A DNA stretch of 40,000 nt from Corynebacterium halotolerans (lineage in GTDB: Bacteria; Actinomycetota; Actinomycetes; Mycobacteriales; Mycobacteriaceae), in the NCBI RefSeq assembly GCF_050107895.1, contig NZ_JBNILW010000005.1, positions 1-40,000 of the forward strand, read 5' to 3'. Below the pieces are notes generated by a model, which was not told the origin of the DNA, made no database searches, and was given only the letters and a program-made list of their open reading frames with translations. The translations under genes were made by a program, and so were the position numbers. Positions 7,496 through 14,961 of this stretch are shown in pieces. Position 1 is the stretch's first letter; the number at the start of each line of letters is the position of its first letter.

Positions 7496-7778
7496 TCACC
7501 TTCGCCCTTCAATCATGATGTTTGTCTACTCATGCCGATCTCTCGGCCACCTGGTGGGCTAGGATGAAATTTGGTCTTCATCTGCCCTTCCATATCCCCG
7601 GCCAGCTGCCCCGCTGGTCGGGGATTCTCCCTTTTTCAGGAGTCGCGCCCTACTCCGGTCGTGAGCCGGTGGAGTCTGTCTCAGTAGGGCTGTCTCGATT
7701 AGAAGATGAGACGGTCTAGTAGGTCTTCGGCATCATGGATGAGTACGGCGTCGGCCTGGTCGAGCAGGTCAGAAATGG

Positions 7779-8243
7779 TCACAGGTCCACCTCCGGGCGC
7801 TCGGCGTGAAACCGGGCTTCCGCCTGCGCGTCGATCTGCTTGTACAGCTCGGTGTACTGGTCATCGAGGTCGGCTAGCTGGTCCCGGAACTCCTCTTCGA
7901 CTTCCGCAGTGATCTGACGTTTGACCGCTTCCCGCTGCTTCGCCCGCTTTTCCTCCCGAAGCTTCCGGGCTTCCTTGGACTGCGCGAGGACACACTCCTT
8001 ATTGATTCGCACCAGCCGGCTACCGTCGGCGTAGATCAATTGGGCGTCCTCGATCGGGATGATGAGGGTGATGTGATCCTCGATCTTGAGGTCAGTATCA
8101 GACCAGGTGCCGTAGGTATGCCCGGTGTTGTCCTTGGGGTAGCTCAGGTACGCTGTGGTGACAGAGTTGGTCTGAGAAATCTGCTCGTTGCCCTCGTTGC
8201 CGGTGGCACCCGGCGCGGGGGTCTTTTCGTTGATGGTGGTCAT
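7779..8243 (-). CDS. Hypothetical protein with a C-terminal charged coiled-coil-like region
   Basis: 154 aa with SD aggaga. KEARKLREEKRAKQREAVKRQITAEVEEEFRDQLADLDDQYTELYKQIDAQAEARF looks like a helical repeat. No known domain recognised. Confidence 0.55.
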   Translation of the reverse strand: MTTINEKTPAPGATGNEGNEQISQTNSVTTAYLSYPKDNTGHTYGTWSDTDLKIEDHITLIIPIEDAQLIYADGSRLVRINKECVLAQSKEARKLREEKRAKQREAVKRQITAEVEEEFRDQLADLDDQYTELYKQIDAQAEARFHAERPEVDL

Positions 8244-8245
8244 GG

Positions 8246-9007
8246 TTATGCGGTCTCCTTGTAGTCACGGGAAATCGGGTGGAAGGCCACGCCGTCGGGG
8301 TACAGGTCGTAGTGAACATCGGTGAACACCATGCGGTGCGTGCCGTTGTCCTGCGGTTCCAGGTGCGGTTCCTTCCGCACACCACTGGTGGGAACACCGT
8401 TGTCGTAGGAGCGGCGACGGTACGCGCCGTGCAAGGTGGCCTCGTGCTGGATGATGCGGGCGGCGGTCTCGAGCGCGGAGACGGCGTCGGACAGGTGCTC
8501 GGGAAGATCCTCGGTGTCGGTGATGGTGTCGGCGTACACGCCGTGGATGTCATCGACGGCCAGGTCGATCAAGCCGTTGACCGCACGGACGAGGTAGATC
8601 AGGGAATCCGTGGGAGTGTGCCCGGCGCGCTCGTCGTCCTCGTCGTTGAGGGTGGACGCGGGGACCAGGCGGCCGGCGGCGTCGAGGGCGCCAGGCACCG
8701 GCACCCCGTCGACGTAGATGTTCGGGACGGGAACCTCGTCGTCCTCGACGGTCTCGCGCACGTCGTGCCCGCAGGAACACAGGTAGTCGTCATCCTCGTC
8801 GTCGGCATAACCGACGGCGACGGCACCGCAGTTCGGACACTCCCAGCCGAAGTTGCCGCCGCCATCGACGGCCATGTCCTCGAGGTCAACGTCCGAGGTC
8901 TCGTCTGCGAGGTCGGCACCGCAGTTATCGCAGTAGAAGTTGTGCGGGCCGGTCAGGTCGTTGATGGTGTTGCAGCGGGGGCAAGTGGCGAAATCTACGG
9001 GCATCAT
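8246..9007 (-). CDS. Acidic protein with two zinc-ribbon-like Cys pairs
   Basis: CPRCN...CDNCG and CPNCG...CSCGH form two CxxC...CxxC units, followed by an acidic linker and an unassigned C-terminal domain. Confidence 0.55.
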   Translation of the reverse strand: MMPVDFATCPRCNTINDLTGPHNFYCDNCGADLADETSDVDLEDMAVDGGGNFGWECPNCGAVAVGYADDEDDDYLCSCGHDVRETVEDDEVPVPNIYVDGVPVPGALDAAGRLVPASTLNDEDDERAGHTPTDSLIYLVRAVNGLIDLAVDDIHGVYADTITDTEDLPEHLSDAVSALETAARIIQHEATLHGAYRRRSYDNGVPTSGVRKEPHLEPQDNGTHRMVFTDVHYDLYPDGVAFHPISRDYKETA

Positions 9008-9204
9008 GCGGAGACCTCCTCGTCGGTGCGGGTGCGGACCTGCGAGTCTTCCCAGGCCTTCACGTCATCCGGCCGGTAGAAAACTTTGCGGCCGATCTTG
9101 AAGAAGGCCGGCCCCTTCCCCTCGTAGCGTGCCTGCGCCCAGGTCTGGCGGGAGGTGCCCGGATACCGGGCGATCATGTCCTCAATGGTGAGCGGTGCGC
9201 TCAT
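9004..9204 (-). CDS. Excisionase/AlpA-like HTH DNA-binding protein
   Basis: 66 aa from the ATG at 9204 (SD agaggag). The pattern TIEDMIARYPGTSRQTWAQARYEGKGPAFFKIGRKVFYRPDDVKAWE resembles HTH_17/excisionase proteins. It is the first gene of the leftward operon, divergent from the repressor. Confidence 0.65.
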   Translation of the reverse strand: MSAPLTIEDMIARYPGTSRQTWAQARYEGKGPAFFKIGRKVFYRPDDVKAWEDSQVRTRTDEEVSA

Positions 9205-9353
9205 AGTTACTCCTCTTGGTCCGATACTGATCTTCATAAAGATCATCTTGATCGCTTCCAAGATCAGTTATACACCCTGTTTCAATATTGAGCAATATGA
9301 GCGTGCAATCTTCATCTTTGATCGCGTACCGTGAATGCATGGCAGGAAAGAAA
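9205..9353. promoter_or_regulatory. Divergent promoter/operator region of the satellite
   Basis: Palindrome tgatctt-cata-aagatca (9228-9245) and a further aagatcag at 9260-9267. catcttgatcgc (9244-9255) recurs as catctttgatcgc (9313-9325). The region is AT-rich. Confidence 0.55.
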
Positions 9354-9812
9354 ATGACCCTTGGCCCCACTGGTCAGGCCGTCCGAGACAACATTCAGCG
9401 GTTACGAGAAGCCCAACACCTGACTTTTGCGGAACTCTCACGGCGTCTTGAAGCTGTCGGAAACCCCATCCCACCCTTAGGGCTCCGACGAATTGAAGCC
9501 GGTGAACGCAAAGTTGACGTAGACGATCTAGCCGCCCTCGCCGTAGTCCTCGGAACCGTCCCGAACTACCTACTCATGCCCGCGACAAACACCGGCAACG
9601 AAGATGCAACGGTCACCGGCATGAAGACAGTGAGCGCTTTTGAGGTCTGGCAATGGCTGACTAAGGCAACAATTCCGGAGACCTATGCCGAGCCCTACGG
9701 ATCAGATCAAGCGCTTGAAAAATTAACTCGCTCCCTGCCTGCATGGCACCTAGATGCCCTTCTCGATGACATAAAGAAGTATTCGGAAGAACTATCTCGT
9801 GGCGACCATTGA
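9354..9812 (+). CDS. XRE-family (cI-like) HTH repressor
   Basis: The HTH_3-like segment VRDNIQRLREAQHLTFAELSRRLEAVGNPIPPLGLRRIEAGERKVDVDDLAALAVVLG. The start is taken at ATG 9354 (SD aggaaag). Starts at 9288 and 9339 are possible but overlap the operator repeats. Confidence 0.7.
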   Translation: MTLGPTGQAVRDNIQRLREAQHLTFAELSRRLEAVGNPIPPLGLRRIEAGERKVDVDDLAALAVVLGTVPNYLLMPATNTGNEDATVTGMKTVSAFEVWQWLTKATIPETYAEPYGSDQALEKLTRSLPAWHLDALLDDIKKYSEELSRGDH

Positions 9813-10905
9813 GCCGTACGAGACTAAGGCCGGCCGCCGGTACAAGGTCCAGTACCGCACCCCGGACCGCCGGCCGACGACTAAGCGGGGATTTAAGCGG
9901 AAGAAAGACGCCGAACTTTTTGCGGCCCAGGTCGAGACCTCGAAAGCGGACGGCACGTTCATCTCCCCCACCGCCGGGACGATCACCGTCTCCCAGCTGC
10001 ATCCTGCGTGGGAGCACGGGCAGAAACAGTTAGCCCCACGCTCTCGGCGCAACAATGCATCATCATGGAAGGTGCACGTACAGCCGAAGTGGGGCAACTG
10101 GCCCGTGGGGAAGATCACCACACCTGAGATCCGTAAATGGGTGGTCGAACTCCAAGAGTCCAAGGGGCGTGACACCGTGCTCCGGGCCGTGCATGTCCTC
10201 CGGTCCATCCTCGAGGTGGCCGTCGAGGAACGGAAGATCAAGACGAATCCGGCGGTCAAGATTCAGGTCAAGCGTGAGACCAGGGCGCGGCGACCGTATC
10301 TCACCGTCGCTCAGGTCGACGCCCTGGCGGACGGCATGGACGGGGACCAGTACCGCACGTTGATCTACGTGCTGGCCTACTGCGGGCCGCGGATCAATGA
10401 GGCCACCGCGCTCCTTGTCGAGGACTATGACCGGACGGCCCGCCGGCTATCCATCACTAAGGCGGTGAAGGGGCCGGGCGAGATTGGGCCGACGAAAACG
10501 TATGAGCAACGGCGCGTGCCGGTGCCGAAGTTCGTGGCGTCGATGATCGACGGGCTGGCGGACGGGCGGCCGCATGATGCCCCGCTGTTCACGTCCCCAG
10601 ACGGCCACAGGCTTGATGCTGACAACTATCGGGACCGGACCTTCAAGCCGGGGCTGAAAGACGCTCAGGCGGCATGGCAGGCAGCGAATGAGGACGGGCA
10701 GAGGTTACCGACGCTCACACCCCACGCCCTGCGGCACACGTGCGCCAGCCTGTCGATTAGCGCAGGGGCGAACGTCCTGGCGGTACAGAAACTGTTGGGC
10801 CATGAGTCAGCTGCGGTCACCCTGAACATCTACAGCGACTTGTTCCCGGACGATCTAGACGAGGTGGCCGACGCCCTGGACCAGCTTCACACACGCTCCC
10901 GATAG
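9799..10905 (+). CDS. int: Tyrosine recombinase / phage integrase
   Basis: The N-terminus IEPYETKAGRRYKVQYRTPD is typical of the actinobacterial integrase arm-binding domain. The catalytic region is HALRHTCASLSISAGANVLAVQKLLGHESAAVTLNIYSDL. GTG start, overlapping the repressor gene by 14 nt, next to tRNA-Thr. Confidence 0.9.
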   Translation: MATIEPYETKAGRRYKVQYRTPDRRPTTKRGFKRKKDAELFAAQVETSKADGTFISPTAGTITVSQLHPAWEHGQKQLAPRSRRNNASSWKVHVQPKWGNWPVGKITTPEIRKWVVELQESKGRDTVLRAVHVLRSILEVAVEERKIKTNPAVKIQVKRETRARRPYLTVAQVDALADGMDGDQYRTLIYVLAYCGPRINEATALLVEDYDRTARRLSITKAVKGPGEIGPTKTYEQRRVPVPKFVASMIDGLADGRPHDAPLFTSPDGHRLDADNYRDRTFKPGLKDAQAAWQAANEDGQRLPTLTPHALRHTCASLSISAGANVLAVQKLLGHESAAVTLNIYSDLFPDDLDEVADALDQLHTRSR

Positions 10906-11014
10906 CCGCGGGTTGAAGTCAAAATGTAGTCAAAACCGTGCGCGGTGGCCGTCGAGCCGTTGAAACGGAAACACCCCCTCACCCGTTGTTGCAGGTAAGG
11001 GGGCATTTCTGTGC

Positions 11015-11058
11015 GGAGCCGCCTGCGAGAATCGAACTCGCGACCTTCTCATTACGAG
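11015..11058. repeat. att site, proximal copy within tRNA-Thr
   Basis: Identical to 1625-1668. It covers tRNA positions 32-73 plus 2 nt, so the crossover lies in or next to the anticodon loop. Confidence 0.9.
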
Positions 11059-11089
11059 TGAGACGCTCTACCGACTGAGCTAAGGCGGC
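11017..11089 (-). tRNA. tRNA-Thr (anticodon CGT)
   Basis: Hand-folded 73-nt cloverleaf. Acceptor GCCGCCT/AGGCGGC, D arm GCTC-AGTCGGTA-GAGC, anticodon arm TCTCA-CTCGTAA-TGAGA, T arm GCGAG-TTCGATT-CTCGC. Confidence 0.95.
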
Positions 11090-11204
11090 GGGAATCGCCG
11101 CTGGAACCGCGGCATAATTACCAGATCTGGAGCTTACCTCAAGCCCTCATGCCGGAAAAAATCGCCCGCCCCCGAGCCCGCTGCTGAGCTGGTCGACGGC
11201 GCGA

Positions 11205-12479
11205 TCACGAGGCCTTGGCGGCCTTGCGGATCCGGCCGACCATGCCGTCGAAAGCGACTTTCGGCGGAACGTTCTGCCCCAGCTGTTCCCGACAGTGGGC
11301 GATGGCGTCCAGGCACTGCACCAGACCCGCCTCCGGAATCTTCTCAGCCAGGTCGGCGGCCAGACCCCGGTAGTCCGGGTGGGTCAGTTCCACGTCCGCT
11401 CCTACCGAAAGCATGAGCGCATCCCGGTAGAGGCTGGAAAAGTCCAGAAGGGACAGGTCGAGGATATCCCGTACCTGCCGGGTCTCCCGGAGTTTCTGCT
11501 GCTTCTCCAGGTCCTTGACCTGACCCTTGAGGCCACGTGCCAGCTTCTGCGTGCCCTTTCCCTTGCCGCCGGCCCCGAGGGAGGCCTCCAGCTTCTTCAG
11601 TTCGGTGTCGTTGATCTCGGAGAGTGCTTCCTTGGCCTGTTTCTTCACCGGGTCGACGAACTTGCTGACCGCCTGGAAAGCCTGGTCGCCGTGAAAGACC
11701 AGCTCGGCGAGGTTGAGGATCTCGGTGCGCCGTTTCTGCGCCTCCCGCGAATTGACCAGCTTCCGTGCCCGCCCGATGTGCCGTAGGGAGGCCGAGGCCG
11801 CCAGTTGGGCATCGGTCTCGGAGGCGTTCTCCTCCTCCACGAGGATCCGGGTGATCTCATCACGCGAGGGGGTCTTGACGTAGACGTGGCGGCAGCGCGA
11901 GCGCAGCGTCACGGAGAAGTCCTCGGGATCAGTGGACGGCGCGCACAGCACGATGATGGTGTGGGGTGGCGGCTCCTCCACCGTCTTGAGCAGTGAGTTG
12001 GCCGCCCCGTCAGAGAGGCGGTCAGCATCCTCGAGCACCACCACGCGCCAGGGGGAGACGGTGGGCATGCTCGCGGCGTCACGGATCAGCTGCTCCATCG
12101 ATTTCACGGAGATGGTCAGCTCCTGCGGCACGATGTGCACGACATCCGTGTGGGAATCGTTGAATACCGCGCGGCAGTCCTCGCAGCGCCCGCATCCGGG
12201 TTCCTCCGGGTCCGTGCACACCAGGGCAGCGGCCAGCGCGACGGCCGCGTTGGACCGTCCGGAGCCCGGCGGGCCCGTAAAAAGCCAGGAGTGGGTCATG
12301 GCACTGTCCTCGACCCCGTACTCCCGCGCCGGGACGCCGCGCACCCGGGCGCGGGCGGCGAACGCGGCGTCGATAAGCGATTTACGCACCGCGGGCAGGT
12401 CCGCGAGCCGTTCAGAGACACTTTCGGGACGGGATGGGGCACTCACGGCACTGAGTCTATCTGGGTATGGAGCCTGCAC
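11205..12479 (-). CDS. holB: DNA polymerase III subunit delta'
   Basis: Walker A LFTGPPGSGRSNAA, zinc module CGRCEDC, and VVVLEDADRLSDGAANSLLKTVEEPP. The start is uncertain: GTG at 12479 or 12446. Confidence 0.85.
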   Translation of the reverse strand: MQAPYPDRLSAVSAPSRPESVSERLADLPAVRKSLIDAAFAARARVRGVPAREYGVEDSAMTHSWLFTGPPGSGRSNAAVALAAALVCTDPEEPGCGRCEDCRAVFNDSHTDVVHIVPQELTISVKSMEQLIRDAASMPTVSPWRVVVLEDADRLSDGAANSLLKTVEEPPPHTIIVLCAPSTDPEDFSVTLRSRCRHVYVKTPSRDEITRILVEEENASETDAQLAASASLRHIGRARKLVNSREAQKRRTEILNLAELVFHGDQAFQAVSKFVDPVKKQAKEALSEINDTELKKLEASLGAGGKGKGTQKLARGLKGQVKDLEKQQKLRETRQVRDILDLSLLDFSSLYRDALMLSVGADVELTHPDYRGLAADLAEKIPEAGLVQCLDAIAHCREQLGQNVPPKVAFDGMVGRIRKAAKAS

Positions 12480-14032
12480 TGACAGAAGCCACTAAAGTGT
12501 TGGTCATGCGTCGACTGTGGAGAGCACTGAACTGGCTGTGGGGCACATCCTGGCCCCTGTACGCCGCTACCGTGCTCGGCTCCAATGTTCTCGGGGCGCT
12601 CGCGATCATGCTGTTCGTCCGCTGGTTCATCCCGATGCCGGAACTGGACAGCTTTGAGACGGACGTGCCGTACGTGACGGCGATCGGAATCGGCTATCTG
12701 ATCTTCGCGGTGCTCGTCGGTGCCGCGGTGACGTTCCTGATGTTCCGGCCGGTGCTGGACTGGCAGCGCCATCCGGACGAGCATGACCCGAACATGGTCC
12801 GCAACCTGGTGATGCGGATCCCCATGTACCAGGCCGCCGTGGCCGGCGTGGTCTGGTTGATCGGGCTGGCGATCGCGGCGTTCATCGCCATGTCCTTCTC
12901 CGGTCGATTAGCCCTGGTACTGGGCGTCGGCATCCTGTTGGCGGGGGCGGTGATGATGCTCATCACCTACCTGGAGGCCGAACGACTGGTCCGTCCGGTG
13001 GCTGCGGCTGCGCTGGCCCGCAGGTTCGAGGATTCCACCCTGGAACCACCCATCAAGCAGCGGTTGCGGCTGATCTGGATCATGACTTCCGCCATGCCGA
13101 TCATCGGCATTCTGCTGATGCTGCTGGGACAGCGTCTGGGATTCTTCAGTGATGACCCCTACGAGATCCTGCCCGGGATAACGGTGCTGGCCACCGCCGC
13201 CCTGCTCACCGGCTTCGTCGGCATCAGCTTCGCGATCATGAACGTGGTGGACCCGATCCACGAACTGCAGGACGCCATCAACCGGGTGCGCCGCGGGGAC
13301 TCCAACGCCCAGGTGGACATCTACGACGGCTCCGAGATCGGCGTGCTCCAGGCCGGCTTCAACGAGATGATGCGGGGGCTGAAGGAGCGCCAGCGGGTCC
13401 GCGACATCTTCGGCCGCTACGTGGGCACTGAGGTTGCCCAGCGGGCCCTGGAGGAACGTCCGACGCTGGGCGGCGAGGACCGCAAGGTGGCGGTGCTGTT
13501 CATCGACGTGATCGGCTCGACCACCTTCGCCGTCAACCACACACCGGAGGAAGTCGTCGAGGAACTGAACAAGTTCTTCAATCGCGTGGTGGACGTCGTG
13601 CACCGCAACAAGGGCATCATCAACAAGTTCCAGGGCGATGCCGCGCTCGCCGTCTTCGGTGCCCCGATCACCCTGGCCGACTCCACCTCCCATGCCCTCC
13701 AGGCCGCCCGCGAAATGCGGCAGGAGCTCAAGGACCTGGAGTTGCAGGCCGGCATCGGCGTGGCGGCCGGTCACGTGGTCGCCGGACACATCGGTGGCCA
13801 CGACCGGTTCGAGTACACCGTGATCGGCGACGCCGTGAACACCGCGGCCCGCCTGACCGACCTGTCCAAGGACACCCCGGGACGGGTGCTCACCAATGCC
13901 GCGACACTGCGCAGTGCCAATGAAGCTGAGCGCGCCCGCTGGACCGTGATGAAATCGGTCGAGCTCCGGGGCCGCGGCGAGATGACCCAGCTCGCCCGTC
14001 CGATCCGCCCCACTCTGGCGGACCGTTCCTGA
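12467..14032 (+). CDS. cyaB: Membrane-bound class III adenylate cyclase (TM + HAMP + cyclase domain)
   Basis: Several N-terminal TM helices, a HAMP-like segment (IHELQDAINRVRRGD...GVLQAGFNEMMRGL), and the cyclase motifs VAVLFIDVIGSTTFA, FQGDAALAVFGAP and YTVIGDAVNTAARL. The start probably lies downstream of 12467, for example ATG 12506. Confidence 0.85.
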   Translation: MEPALTEATKVLVMRRLWRALNWLWGTSWPLYAATVLGSNVLGALAIMLFVRWFIPMPELDSFETDVPYVTAIGIGYLIFAVLVGAAVTFLMFRPVLDWQRHPDEHDPNMVRNLVMRIPMYQAAVAGVVWLIGLAIAAFIAMSFSGRLALVLGVGILLAGAVMMLITYLEAERLVRPVAAAALARRFEDSTLEPPIKQRLRLIWIMTSAMPIIGILLMLLGQRLGFFSDDPYEILPGITVLATAALLTGFVGISFAIMNVVDPIHELQDAINRVRRGDSNAQVDIYDGSEIGVLQAGFNEMMRGLKERQRVRDIFGRYVGTEVAQRALEERPTLGGEDRKVAVLFIDVIGSTTFAVNHTPEEVVEELNKFFNRVVDVVHRNKGIINKFQGDAALAVFGAPITLADSTSHALQAAREMRQELKDLELQAGIGVAAGHVVAGHIGGHDRFEYTVIGDAVNTAARLTDLSKDTPGRVLTNAATLRSANEAERARWTVMKSVELRGRGEMTQLARPIRPTLADRS

Positions 14033-14295
14033 GGTTCGCTCCCGGTGCTCCTGCCCCACGTTTTCCGGTGCGACCTGCTGGCCCCGCGCCCAGAACGGGG
14101 CATCTTCAGCGGCGCCTGGGCTGGACCCCCAACAGCCCTGCCCGCAGCGGCAGCAATACTGTCGGGAATTATAGAAGGTATTAATTTCCTTAGAACAGAT
14201 GTGTCAGTGGGTGGCTGGTTTTTAATCTTTGATGTCCGGTGCTCTTTCTATTCTCAGGTTGTCTTTGATTCACCCAGCCCCGAGGAGCCGCACCC

Positions 14296-14961
14296 ATGCC
14301 CGCACCCCAGCCCCACCAGCATCCGCTCGACCCGAACACCCCGACCTCCCAGTTCCCGCCGACCACCCCGGGCCTGCCCACCGATCCCCGAGCGGCCCGC
14401 CCGAAGAAGAAGCACCGGCTCCTGAAGTGGGGTGGCGGTGCCCTCGGGGCCGTGATCGTGCTCAGCGTGGTAGCCAACATGGGCGGCGGGCCCAAGGATG
14501 AGATCACCACCGCAGCCAGCACCAGCGCCACCACCACGCAGACTGCCGCGGACTCCCCCAGCACCGAGCCGGCTGCGCCCCCGAGCCCGACCGTGACCGA
14601 GGTTGTCGCGGACTCCTCCAGCACCGACAGCGATGCGATTGCAGGTGCCGAAGCCGACGTACCCACCGAATACCGCTCCGCGCTGCGGGAGGCGAAATCC
14701 TACGACGCGATCATGAACATGTCCAAGGCAGGGCTCCACGACCAACTCACCTCAGAATATGGCGGACAGTTCTCCGCAGCGGCCGCGCAGTACGCGATCG
14801 ACAACGTCCAGGCCGACTGGAACGCCAACGCCCTGGCGTCGGCCCGCAGCTACCAGGACAACATGGACATGTCCCCCGCCGCGATCCACGACCAGCTGAC
14901 CTCCGAATACGGCGAGCAGTTCACCGTCGCCGAAGCGGACTACGCGCTCGCCAACCTGTGA
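14296..14961 (+). CDS. Membrane-anchored protein with two Ltp-like (host cell surface-exposed lipoprotein family) repeats
   Basis: Pro-rich N-terminus, one TM helix (GGGALGAVIVLSVVANMGGG) and an S/T/A/P linker. Two repeats follow: YRSALREAKSYDAIMNMSKAGLHDQLTSEYGGQFSAAAAQYAIDNV and ALASARSYQDNMDMSPAAIHDQLTSEYGEQFTVAEADYALANL. Confidence 0.65.
   Translation: MPAPQPHQHPLDPNTPTSQFPPTTPGLPTDPRAARPKKKHRLLKWGGGALGAVIVLSVVANMGGGPKDEITTAASTSATTTQTAADSPSTEPAAPPSPTVTEVVADSSSTDSDAIAGAEADVPTEYRSALREAKSYDAIMNMSKAGLHDQLTSEYGGQFSAAAAQYAIDNVQADWNANALASARSYQDNMDMSPAAIHDQLTSEYGEQFTVAEADYALANL

Larger units (their letters stand above)
1625..11058. mobile_element. Integrated ~9.4-kb phage-satellite-like island at tRNA-Thr (int, repressor / xis, primase-helicase / scaffold, MCP, HNH, TerS)
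   Basis: Bounded by exact 44-bp direct repeats, with the integrase adjacent to the intact tRNA. Genes are tightly packed and often overlap. Phage-type gene content, but no portal, TerL, tail or lysis genes. Confidence 0.75.

Noticed and set aside
8098-9079. Alternative-frame ORFs inside the satellite (8098-8553, 8279-9079, 8599-8919 and others)
   Set aside because: They overlap the zinc-ribbon and hypothetical genes, which have SDs and coupled stops and starts. Their translations are Pro/Arg/Thr or Gly/Val low-complexity.
9288-9353. ATG 9288 as the repressor start
   Set aside because: The extension would cover operator-like repeats (9313-9325) and has low GC3. ATG 9354 has an SD. The call remains uncertain.
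1625-11058. Interpretation as a complete temperate prophage
   Set aside because: The unit is 9.4 kb between unambiguous att repeats and has no portal, TerL, tail, tape-measure or lysis genes. An autonomous tailed phage is not supported.
12467-12479. 13-bp overlap of the divergent holB and cyaB start codons
   Set aside because: This is almost certainly an artefact of taking the longest ORFs. Downstream starts (12446 for holB, about 12506 for cyaB) remove the overlap.
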